From positions 3,997 to 67,996 of IMG/VR virus record IMGVR_UViG_3300044730_001661: a stretch of DNA of 64,000 bases; one strand, 5' to 3'. Both the position numbers and the translations under genes were made by a program. This document shows, piece by piece, positions 7,219 through 15,208 of the stretch. The stretch comes from a virus. Each line of letters starts with the position of its first letter. Position 1 is the stretch's first letter. The notes beneath the pieces are model-generated. The model did no database searches, had not been told where the DNA came from, and worked only from the letters and a program-made list of their open reading frames with translations.

Positions 7219-9366
7219 ATGAACAAGTCTCTCTCCATCTTTGCCCGCGCCCTCGCCACCGAGAACATCTCCTTTGCTTTCAGCAAGGAGGCGGAAACCG
7301 CATCGTTCGATGTGAAGAACCGCCACCTCGTCCTCCCGGTGTGGGATGTGTCCGAAACCGTGCAGACCATGCTCGTGGCGCACGAGATCAGCCATGCCCT
7401 GTGGACTCCCTACGAGCGCAGCGAGGCTCTGCTCAACGCTGCGGAGAAGGACGGCTACGACCGTACCCTGCTTCAGCGGATCGCCAATGTCGTGGAGGAT
7501 GTTCGCATTGAGAAGTTGATGAAGGCGAAGTACCCCGGTACGCGCCGCGACTTCTTCTTGGGCTACAAGGAGATCTACGAGATCGACCTCTTTGGCTTCA
7601 AGGGCAAGGACTTCAGCGACTCCAACACCATCACCCGCCTGAACCTCCATTGCAAGTGGGGCGTTCCCGGCTTCCTCACCATCGACCTCTCCAACGAGGA
7701 GCAGGGGTTTGTTGCCGACATTGACGCGGCGCAGACCATTGAGGATGTGTACGAGGTCGCCAAGCGCATCTACGATGACAAGGGCATGGACAAGACCCGC
7801 GAGAAGTTTGAGCAGGGCGGTGAGGATCAGCAGCAGGGCAGCAGCAAGACCGACAAGACCGACAAGGCGGACAAGATCGTGGAGGGCAACACGGACTCCA
7901 TCGGCAGGAAGAGCGGAGAAGATTATAACTTTCCTACGGTCGTGATCTCCCCGCTCAAGGACTACCACCGCTGCATCATCAGCAGCGAGATGATCCGCGA
8001 TAGCCTCAAGAACGCGAACACGGGCTACGACAATCCGCTCCCCGCCTACCGCGAGTTCGTCCGCGAGTCCGATGCGTTCGTGCGCCAGTTGGTCGCCCAG
8101 TTCGACCGCCGCAAGGCTGCGGACGAGATCCGCCGGGAGCGTCCGAAGCAGACGGGGATGCTGAACCTTGACCGCCTCCACCAGTACCGCACCCATGACG
8201 ATATCTTCATCAGCAAGATCGTCAAGCAGGACGGCAAGAGCCACGGCATCGTGTTCATGCTTGACTTCAGCGGGTCGATGCAGAGCAACATCCGCGACTG
8301 CTACCTTCAGATCCTCCAGTTGGTGTGGTTCTGCGAGAAGGCGAAGATCCCGTTTGAGGTGTTCGCGTTCACCGACCTCCATGTTCGCGCCCTGATCCCG
8401 ACCTTTGATGCGGACGAGAAGGCGTACTACCGTAACCCGGCGAACATGAACACGCAGTTCAAGCACCCGCTCATGCCGATCCCGGCGCAGGACAAGCCCA
8501 ATCAGATGAACTACGGGCAGGTTGGACTCATGCAGATCGCCTCCTCGCAGGACAGCGCGGAGAAGCGCGAGGAGATCCTTGCCTACCTGTACGGGGCTAT
8601 GGTTGCCGGGACGCACTCTCGCGGCGGTGACTACCTGAACATGAGCGGAACCCCGACCGTGGAAGCCGTTGCGGTGTGCAGCCAGTTCATGCAGGAGTGG
8701 GTCAAGGACAACAACATTCAGATCCCGACCCTCATGGTCGTGACGGACGGCTCCCCCAACGGCATCTGCATGAGGGATTCCAACTCCGACATTCTCTACT
8801 ACGGCTTGGGCAAGCAGGGTTCGCTCACGGTCGTGAACGAGATCATGGGTACGACCCACCAGTTGGACATTGCCGATATGCAGCACCTTGACTTGGGGAA
8901 CGCGATCCTCTACCCGATGTTGGACGCGCTCCGCACCAACCTCAACGCCCGTATCGTTGGGATGTATGTGGGCGGTCAGAGCCTCCATGAGAACGCCTTT
9001 GTGCAGTTCTGCATGGGAGCGCAGGAGCGCATGGCGTACTGGAATCAGCCGTGGAATCAGCGCAAGGATGTGAAGGAGACTCCCCGGTTCAAGGCGGCGA
9101 AGGAAACCTACAACGAGGGCGCGATCATCGTCCACCCCGATACCTTCCCCGGCTACGATGCCTACTTCCTCCTCAAGACCCCGAAGATCGTGAAGGACGA
9201 GGAGGCGTTCAAGGAGGGCAACTTCACGAAGGTCAAGAACGCCTTTATCAAGACGATGGCGAAGCGCGGAGGCTCCCGCGTGTTCCTCACCCGGTATGTG
9301 GATATCGTGGCGGGTCAGCCCCTCAACAAGAAGGGGGACGCCATCTACAACCACCCCGTGTTCTGA
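7219..9366 (+). CDS. CobT-like protein: HExxH metallopeptidase-like domain plus vWA domain (AAA+ partner)
   Basis: AHEISHAL...NVVEDVRIE; MIDAS motif LDFSGSM, GTPT, VTDG. Likely start ATG 7219, 6 nt after TACAAT. Confidence 0.9.
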   Translation: MNKSLSIFARALATENISFAFSKEAETASFDVKNRHLVLPVWDVSETVQTMLVAHEISHALWTPYERSEALLNAAEKDGYDRTLLQRIANVVEDVRIEKLMKAKYPGTRRDFFLGYKEIYEIDLFGFKGKDFSDSNTITRLNLHCKWGVPGFLTIDLSNEEQGFVADIDAAQTIEDVYEVAKRIYDDKGMDKTREKFEQGGEDQQQGSSKTDKTDKADKIVEGNTDSIGRKSGEDYNFPTVVISPLKDYHRCIISSEMIRDSLKNANTGYDNPLPAYREFVRESDAFVRQLVAQFDRRKAADEIRRERPKQTGMLNLDRLHQYRTHDDIFISKIVKQDGKSHGIVFMLDFSGSMQSNIRDCYLQILQLVWFCEKAKIPFEVFAFTDLHVRALIPTFDADEKAYYRNPANMNTQFKHPLMPIPAQDKPNQMNYGQVGLMQIASSQDSAEKREEILAYLYGAMVAGTHSRGGDYLNMSGTPTVEAVAVCSQFMQEWVKDNNIQIPTLMVVTDGSPNGICMRDSNSDILYYGLGKQGSLTVVNEIMGTTHQLDIADMQHLDLGNAILYPMLDALRTNLNARIVGMYVGGQSLHENAFVQFCMGAQERMAYWNQPWNQRKDVKETPRFKAAKETYNEGAIIVHPDTFPGYDAYFLLKTPKIVKDEEAFKEGNFTKVKNAFIKTMAKRGGSRVFLTRYVDIVAGQPLNKKGDAIYNHPVF

Positions 9367-9436
9367 CGGAGAGGGAAGGGAACCCCCCAGGACTGGAAGG
9401 AGAGAGCCAGTCCTGGGGGGCCTCGGGGGAGCTGCG

Positions 9437-9528
9437 GACTACTATCAAATTTCCTTAAAGGAAATTTGATTTTTTACATGGACGGGGCGCAGGAATTATA
9501 ATTTCTTTCAGAAATATTGATAGTAGTC
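9437..9528. repeat. Symmetric hairpin element, copy 4
   Basis: GACTACTATCAAATTTCCTT-A-AAGGAAATTTGAT; TGGACGGG; AGGAATTATAATTTCTTTCAGAAATATTGATAGTAGTC. Confidence 0.9.
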
Positions 9529-9529
9529 C

Positions 9530-10415
9530 CATACCTGGAAGGGGAGACCAGCACGCCAGACTCCTGGTTACCTGCGTGCTCGAGCACCGGCTGGACGGGA
9601 TCTAGCCAAATAATAAATTATTTTAATTATCGGGCACTTGACATAGCGTGCCGTCCCATGGTATAATTGCTCTTGGTGCCCTAATTTAATTTGCTTAACT
9701 CAGGTACGTCCACTGAGGTTATGGGACTTGTGGGTACCTACTTGACAACCCCCATATCTGGTGTATAGTTACCAGACTGTTCATGCGACCGATAACCTCC
9801 CAGTCCCTTGTGACCGATAATCATACCGGCGGGGCTGGGAGTTATCGGGCGTTCACCGTTACCGGACTCGACGGGTCTACGGTTATCGGGCTCAACAAAG
9901 TTTCAAATAATTTTGAAATTTTTATCGGACGGTCTCAGAGTCCGGGAACTACTATCCAGACTACTATCAGGGTCCGATAAGGACCCGTTACAAGCTGGCC
10001 CTGGACGGGATACAAAAATTTTAAGGATCTTATGGGACCCTGGACGGGATATAGAATGCCTGGACAGGATGTAGCTCCATTGTCATAGGACTGTCACATT
10101 TAATAATAATATTGTCATCGATTGGACGGGATAGAGCTCTCCTGGACGGTACCTGCAGGTGGCATTGTCAGTAGGCTCTCAAATATTATCAAAATTTTAT
10201 AAAATTTGTCTTTGTATAGTCGTTGTAGAATCGATTATACGGCGTTTTGTCGTTTAAGAGGCCTCGGGAGGCACTTTAAGGCTTCGGAGGGCTCTGAGGG
10301 GCCTTCTAGGGCTCTTAAAGAGGGTTTAAGAGAGGGGTACTAACTCAATCTTTCTCAAAAATTCTTATAAATTTCTTACCCACCCCACACTCTTTCATAC
10401 CCCCCTTTACCCCAC
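9530..10415. other. Non-coding control region with iterated motifs (candidate origin, terminus or DNA-entry signal)
   Basis: No credible ORF. TGGACRG x6, CCGATAA/TTATCGG x7, ACTACTATC x2, AT-rich palindromes; composition changes across it. Confidence 0.6.
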
Positions 10416-10417
10416 CC

Positions 10418-10822
10418 TTATTCCTCGTCCTCTACTGGCTTTATATTCTCCATATCAGCCTGATCTATGACATACGCTGGTATGGTTTTCTTCTTTTCTA
10501 TTGAATGTGCCTTCTTGATTCTATTCAATCCGTCTGTAATGGAAATAGTCCCGTCCTCTTGTCTTACGCCCAGTACGGGTACGCTGGTATCTGCCTTTTC
10601 CATTCTTGCCTTGTGTTCTTTGTTGTCCATGTCATATTGCTTTTCCCACCATTCTAGTGCGTCGGTATCTTCTATGGGCAAATCTTTTATTAATTTTGTA
10701 TTCTTCTTGGCGTATTCGTAGATGTCCTTGACTCGGTACTTCTTTCCAGTCTCATCGTTTTGGGCGAGTTGCTCGTCCCAATTTTCTACTGCCTCTCTCA
10801 AAAATTCTTTAAATTTCTTCAT
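10418..10822 (-). CDS. ParB/Srx-like domain protein with MKKFKEFLRE N-terminus
   Basis: ADTSVPVLG...ITDGLNRIKKA matches the ParB-like DGxHR core; N-terminus resembles the T4 capsid-targeting sequence. Confidence 0.75.
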   Translation of the reverse strand: MKKFKEFLREAVENWDEQLAQNDETGKKYRVKDIYEYAKKNTKLIKDLPIEDTDALEWWEKQYDMDNKEHKARMEKADTSVPVLGVRQEDGTISITDGLNRIKKAHSIEKKKTIPAYVIDQADMENIKPVEDEE

Positions 10823-11310
10823 ATTGTTATGTCGTTAAGGCTGTCGATCATTCTGAACTTGGGATTCTTGCGGGCCCTTGCACGGATCATGTTGCCTGCT
10901 CTGTCATTTATATGATCTGCATGGGCTTTGATGATATCCCTGAGTTCGTCTGGATCGGTGTTTTTAAATTTGGGTGAACGCCCAACCTTGTTGGTAACTC
11001 TGTAGAGAACATCGAAGAGTGTCGGTTTCTCGTAATCACCCTTCAGGTCAGCGTGCATTGCTTCAAAGTGTTTAGGATCTTCTCCCGTGATGGTGTCGAT
11101 GTGCTTTCCCAATTCTTCTTGATACATTCTCGATTCCGGAGAATCTTCTACGTCTATGTTCGGAAGTTCTGATTTAATAAAACTTAAAAATTGTCCCATT
11201 GGGTGTCTGCGGTGATCCTGCTTCGGTTCCCCTGTCTGGGTAACGATGTTTTTGGGTGTTGCGAGGACGATGTCATTTTCCTCGCTCAGGAATTGAAGAA
11301 AGCTTTTCAT
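10819..11310 (-). CDS. Putative internal head protein (163 aa)
   Basis: MKSFLQFLSEE N-terminus; TAAATA late promoter 5 nt upstream. Confidence 0.8.
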   Translation of the reverse strand: MKSFLQFLSEENDIVLATPKNIVTQTGEPKQDHRRHPMGQFLSFIKSELPNIDVEDSPESRMYQEELGKHIDTITGEDPKHFEAMHADLKGDYEKPTLFDVLYRVTNKVGRSPKFKNTDPDELRDIIKAHADHINDRAGNMIRARARKNPKFRMIDSLNDITI

Positions 11311-11357
11311 GTATGTATTTAGGTTGACTTGGGCTCTTTTGATGGTATGATGTGTGC

Positions 11358-11717
11358 ATGGAAACCAGAGACGTTCGTCGGCTCAAGGCAGAGATCCGTT
11401 ACTTGCGGAACTGCCTGATGGAAGCGTACAACGCGATCCCGACCCTTCCCTGCAATTCGCAGGACTCTTGGAAAGTGGTCAGCCCGATCATGCGAGCCAT
11501 CCGGGAATATCACACATCTTACGATGTCGAGTTCATTCAGTCCACGGTGAATGAAAAGCGCAAAGCCGTATCCGCCCATCTTACCCGCCCGATTACCGCG
11601 TCGGAGTTGGGAGGTACTGATGTTCCTCCTGTCGTTCAGGAGCCGGAACTCACCGTCAAGATAGACTCGTCCTTTATTCCCAAGAATGTTGCGTTGGCGA
11701 AGTCTTTTGGGTTTTGA
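11358..11717 (+). CDS. Hypothetical protein, leaderless
   Basis: TTGACT-16-TATGAT-6nt-ATG; METRDVRRLK... Confidence 0.8.
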   Translation: METRDVRRLKAEIRYLRNCLMEAYNAIPTLPCNSQDSWKVVSPIMRAIREYHTSYDVEFIQSTVNEKRKAVSAHLTRPITASELGGTDVPPVVQEPELTVKIDSSFIPKNVALAKSFGF

Positions 11718-11753
11718 CCTTGACCTGTCCTGACTCGGAGATATACTAGAACT

Positions 11754-12017
11754 ATGGCTACCAAGACCAAGAAAGAAACCAAGTACCACTACTTCTTTAA
11801 TTACGACCGGGGAAACTATTTTCAGATTTCCCGTGGGCTGGAAAAGCGTTACAGCCGCTATTTTTGCGGAAGGGGAATTGGAGTTAGTGGGTTCCACATT
11901 CACTTCTACTGCACTCCAAAGGAGTATAAGCGCATTGTGGCTTGCGCTCGTCGTCGCTACGGCAAGATCAAGAGTGTCACTCGTTATACCGAAGAAGCCT
12001 TTTACGGAGATGACTGA
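11754..12017 (+). CDS. Basic hypothetical protein (87 aa), leaderless
   Basis: TTGACC...TATACT-6nt-ATG. Confidence 0.8.
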   Translation: MATKTKKETKYHYFFNYDRGNYFQISRGLEKRYSRYFCGRGIGVSGFHIHFYCTPKEYKRIVACARRRYGKIKSVTRYTEEAFYGDD

Positions 12018-12018
12018 T

Positions 12019-12207
12019 ATGGCTACCAAGAACAAGACCAAAATCGAAAAAACTCCCCTCACCCTCCACGACCGCATGGATAAGATTCAGGAAATGATTG
12101 AATTTTTGTCCAATGACATCTTTGAGGGTAACATCACCACCAACGAGATCACCGATCAGTTGGAGCAGATTACCGTCAAGATTGAGAACTTCAAGGACTT
12201 GCTCTGA
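12019..12207 (+). CDS. Hypothetical protein (62 aa)
   Basis: ATG after GGAG; starts MATKNKTK, similar to the upstream MATKTKK. Confidence 0.7.
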   Translation: MATKNKTKIEKTPLTLHDRMDKIQEMIEFLSNDIFEGNITTNEITDQLEQITVKIENFKDLL

Positions 12208-12584
12208 TGCCCGACTACGAACCCCTAGACTATCGCCTACGCTGCCATAGCAAGCGCACCGATCTTCCCCCTGATGTTCTGCGGGATATCTGTGAGGCGT
12301 ATGAGTATATGGAACTTCTTCGTGATGAATTGACCGAGCGCATTCATATGTGTGATATGCGTTCTGAAAAGATTCTCGAACTTACTGCCGAGCGCGACGA
12401 GGCAAGACTAGAAGTGTGCGAATGGGTTGAGATGGATGGAGCGACGACTGCCAAGGAAGAGGCCGAGTTGCGTGGATGGGACTGCTTCAAGAACGCACCA
12501 GTCGTCAAGACGCTGAACGGCGTAGTTGTTTCCAAAGGCAAGGCACTACCACCAAAGTTTGAACTCGGAGAAGATGACAAATGA
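12207..12584 (+). CDS. Hypothetical phage protein (ERDEAR...RGWDCFK motif)
   Basis: Overlapping start/stop, operon-like packing. Confidence 0.75.
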   Translation: MPDYEPLDYRLRCHSKRTDLPPDVLRDICEAYEYMELLRDELTERIHMCDMRSEKILELTAERDEARLEVCEWVEMDGATTAKEEAELRGWDCFKNAPVVKTLNGVVVSKGKALPPKFELGEDDK

Positions 12585-12844
12585 ACAGAGAACGCTACAT
12601 CGAACTCAACACCACGGGACAGGATCTCACCCCCGAAGAGTGGGATCAGGGTTGGCATTGGTGTGTTGAATGGGATGGCTTGCTTGTAGGCCCGAACACC
12701 GAAGAGGCTCTTGTCTGCTCTTGCAACCATCCTGTCATCGAAGCATGGAAGCAGTCCGATGCTGGCAAGAAGTTGCAAGAGGAACTTGATAAGCGGTCTG
12801 AGGAAATTACTGAAAAAAACTTTTTTATGGGTGAAATGGACTAA
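12581..12844 (+). CDS. Hypothetical protein (87 aa)
   Basis: ATGA overlap; GWHWCxEWDGLLV motif. Confidence 0.75.
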   Translation: MNRERYIELNTTGQDLTPEEWDQGWHWCVEWDGLLVGPNTEEALVCSCNHPVIEAWKQSDAGKKLQEELDKRSEEITEKNFFMGEMD

Positions 12845-13296
12845 TGGGATACTCAGTTTCAACAATCTACGATATTGGACAGAAGTTTTCTTCGTCCATC
12901 GACCAGGGCTCCATGTACATGGAGGTGTCGTACACCAACCCATTGAAGTTTGATCCTACGCTGACGATCATGGAGCCTCGCTCCGAAGCAATCGTGGAGC
13001 CTACAGTGTCGAACTATGCTGCAGCCACTCGCCCGTTCTTCATGGGTTCGTTTGATGGCTTTTGGATTCACAAGGTCTTCAACGACGGCAACCTTGTGAT
13101 GACCGTGCAGACCGTCGATCAGGATATGTTCATCCCCGTGCAGCATGACCGCGTTGAGAGCGTGTCGATGGGCTACATGGAGAGCATTCCCTATGACGGT
13201 CCCGTGCGTCCTCCTGTGCCTGCTCCGGGCGTTGGAGCCATGCTTGGACTGGCTGCTCTGTTTGCGGTTGGACGGAAGCGGATAAATAGAAAGTGA
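12844..13296 (+). CDS. Protein with PEP-CTERM-like (VPAPG) sorting tail
   Basis: C-terminus VPAPG-VGAMLGLAALFAVG-RKRINRK: motif, transmembrane helix, basic cluster. Confidence 0.8.
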   Translation: MGYSVSTIYDIGQKFSSSIDQGSMYMEVSYTNPLKFDPTLTIMEPRSEAIVEPTVSNYAAATRPFFMGSFDGFWIHKVFNDGNLVMTVQTVDQDMFIPVQHDRVESVSMGYMESIPYDGPVRPPVPAPGVGAMLGLAALFAVGRKRINRK

Positions 13297-13421
13297 ATCA
13301 GCAAGGCATTCCATACATCATTCCTCTGTGGGCATTCATAGGTATTGTCTGTGCTCCTGCGCTTGGACTGTTTGTAGCAGAGGTTTTGATATGGTTTCGC
13401 AAACATAAAAATAAATATTGA
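13293..13421 (+). CDS. Small membrane protein (42 aa)
   Basis: GTGA overlap; hydrophobic IIPLWAFIGIVCAPALGLFVAEVLIWF then a basic tail. Confidence 0.5.
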   Translation: MNQQGIPYIIPLWAFIGIVCAPALGLFVAEVLIWFRKHKNKY

Positions 13422-13423
13422 TA

Positions 13424-13497
13424 CGGGCATTAACTCAGCTTGGTAGAGTGCTTGCTTTGGGAGCAAGATGCCGTTGGTTCAAATCCAGCATGCCCGA
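13424..13497 (+). tRNA. tRNA-Pro(TGG)
   Basis: CGGGCAT/ATGCCCG; CTTGC-TTTGGGA-GCAAG; GGTTCAAATCC. Confidence 0.95.
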
Positions 13498-13535
13498 TTA
13501 CTTGACTTTACACTTATAAAGGTCATAATAGACTT

Positions 13536-13700
13536 ATGAAAACTCTAATTAACAAACTCACTATTCCCGCTATCATTCTTCTTGCCATCAATTTGATTGG
13601 CCTTGTATTTCACAAGAACTATGAAGGTGCTATGATGGGAAGCATTGTCGGCGTACTCTGTGCGTTCCTTGCAACAGAGATCCGCGCAAAGTTTGACTGA
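13536..13700 (+). CDS. Small two-TM protein (54 aa), leaderless
   Basis: TTGACT...CATAAT-6nt-ATG; two hydrophobic segments. Confidence 0.65.
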   Translation: MKTLINKLTIPAIILLAINLIGLVFHKNYEGAMMGSIVGVLCAFLATEIRAKFD

Positions 13701-13705
13701 CTTTA

Positions 13706-13779
13706 GGCCCCATAGATTAAATGGCTAAATCGTCTCCCTTTCAAGGAGAAGAGTCCGAGTTCGATCCTCGGTGGGGTCA
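13706..13779 (+). tRNA. tRNA-Glu(TTC)
   Basis: GGCCCCA/TGGGGTC; TCTCC-CTTTCAA-GGAGA; GTTCGATC. Confidence 0.93.
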
Positions 13780-13793
13780 TTGAGCATATTACC

Positions 13794-14048
13794 ATGAGCG
13801 ATATTGAAACAAAAATAAGAGAACTTTCAAACAAGTGGAAGAGTGCCCACATGGAAGCTTCCGCAATCTGCCGAGATGCTGCAGAGGAACTTCGTGTGCT
13901 TCGCCTTCAACTTCAGGCTGCAAATCGTGAGTTGGAGCTCTATCGTCATATGGATCGTCCACATTATTATCCAAATATTCCTGAGAAGGAGTATAGAGTT
14001 ACTTGCTCTACCAACATTCTCGGATGGGGAAAAGGAAAAGACGAATGA
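13794..14048 (+). CDS. Hypothetical protein (84 aa)
   Basis: Co-oriented ORF overlapping the next start. Confidence 0.7.
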   Translation: MSDIETKIRELSNKWKSAHMEASAICRDAAEELRVLRLQLQAANRELELYRHMDRPHYYPNIPEKEYRVTCSTNILGWGKGKDE

Positions 14049-14491
14049 ACCCTTTTGTTGAAAATCATCCCGATCAGATCGACAAGTTGATCCAGGATTA
14101 TCCTGTTGTCTTTCGACACATGGACACCACTACGGTTTCCAGCCTTCCTGCTGGCTGGTACACGATCATGGACAAACTCTGCTCCGATCTCACTCCGCTT
14201 CTTGAGGAAGCCCTGCAAGAGAATCCCGAGACTCCTGAAGAGCCTCTGTTCAGCATACTGCAGATCAAGGAGAAGTTCGGTGGTCTTCGTTTTTATTATA
14301 CGATGAACACAAAGAACGATGATCTCTACAGAAAAGTTCAGTCAATGGTTGACAATGCAGAGGATGCTTCCTACGAAACTTGTCAGATCACGGGAAAGCC
14401 AGGTGTCCTGTGCAAGAGTGGTAGTTGGTACATGACTCTATGCGAAGAGTCCAGAATCTCCATGGGTTACAAGATCATCGGCAATGGATAA
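14045..14491 (+). CDS. Conserved phage hypothetical protein (QIKEKFGGLRFY family)
   Basis: GWY...QIKEKFGGLRFY...TCQITGKPG...W..TLC motif set. Confidence 0.8.
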   Translation: MNPFVENHPDQIDKLIQDYPVVFRHMDTTTVSSLPAGWYTIMDKLCSDLTPLLEEALQENPETPEEPLFSILQIKEKFGGLRFYYTMNTKNDDLYRKVQSMVDNAEDASYETCQITGKPGVLCKSGSWYMTLCEESRISMGYKIIGNG

Positions 14492-15038
14492 TAGAAACCT
14501 AATCGATCACTACAAGTATTGGACCGACGATGCAATTCGTGCAGATTTGGATGTACGCCGTTTTAATTATTCAGTTGTTTGTTGCAATATTGGCAATGAT
14601 TTTAATATTGCAACCGTCATTCGAAATGCTAATGCGTTTCTTGCGCAGGAGGTGGTAATCTATGGTAATAAGAAGTATGATCGAAGGGGCACGGTGGGTA
14701 CTCACCATTATAGCAATTTTCGTCATGTCAGGAGCATTGATTCTCTTGGAGACTATCTGCGGGAGCGACGAGAGCAGCATAGAGGACAGATTCGACTATT
14801 GGGAATAGACAATATTCCCGAGGCAAAGGATGTCAATGCCTTTGACTTTGATCCAAATGTCCATTATGTAATGATCTTCGGGCAGGAGCAGATTGGCGTT
14901 CCTACGGACGTGCTAAGTATGTGTGATGACGTTCTCTACATTCCCCAGTACGGGTCCGTGAGAAGCATCAATGTCGGTTGCGCAAGTTCAATCATAATGA
15001 ACAATTACTGCGCCAAAATTCACTCCTCGGTGGTGTAA
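14484..15038 (+). CDS. SpoU/TrmH-family (SPOUT) RNA 2'-O-methyltransferase
   Basis: NIATVIRNANAF, IFGQEQIGV, YIPQYGSVRSINVGCAS correspond to SPOUT motifs 1-3. Confidence 0.9.
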   Translation: MDNRNLIDHYKYWTDDAIRADLDVRRFNYSVVCCNIGNDFNIATVIRNANAFLAQEVVIYGNKKYDRRGTVGTHHYSNFRHVRSIDSLGDYLRERREQHRGQIRLLGIDNIPEAKDVNAFDFDPNVHYVMIFGQEQIGVPTDVLSMCDDVLYIPQYGSVRSINVGCASSIIMNNYCAKIHSSVV

Positions 15039-15094
15039 AGGTAGCACAAGAGGCTTTGAACCTCTTTGTCTTGGTTCGAATCCAAGCTGAGGAA
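15024..15094 (+). tRNA. tRNA-Gln(TTG)
   Basis: TCCTCGG/CTGAGGA; AGAGG-CTTTGAA-CCTCT; GGTTCGAATCC; overlaps the 3' end of the methyltransferase. Confidence 0.93.
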
Positions 15095-15096
15095 TT

Positions 15097-15207
15097 ATGG
15101 TTACTAAGATACTCATCTGGACCGCAATCGGTTCAGTAATAATGACAGGATTTGGAATAATTTTATACGGAATCTTTTGTATGATCCGTGACTCGCAAAG
15201 GAACTAA
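15097..15207 (+). CDS. Small membrane protein (36 aa)
   Basis: MVTKILIWTAIGSVIMTGFGIILYGIFCMIRDSQRN*; ATG 2 nt after tRNA-Gln. Confidence 0.5.
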   Translation: MVTKILIWTAIGSVIMTGFGIILYGIFCMIRDSQRN

Positions 15208-15208
15208 A

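Noticed and set aside
7126-9354. 742-aa minus-strand ORF
   Set aside because: Antisense shadow of the vWA/peptidase gene; strong codon bias removes stops on the opposite strand.
1876-9528. Repeat element interpreted as a CRISPR array or integron attC series
   Set aside because: Copies are kilobases apart with no regular spacers and no cas genes; they lack the RYYYAAC/GTTRRRY attC core and no integrase is visible.
9783-9980. 65-aa ORF in the motif hub
   Set aside because: Composed of the iterated DNA motifs and palindromes; start spacing does not fit the 6-nt leaderless pattern. Not fully excluded.
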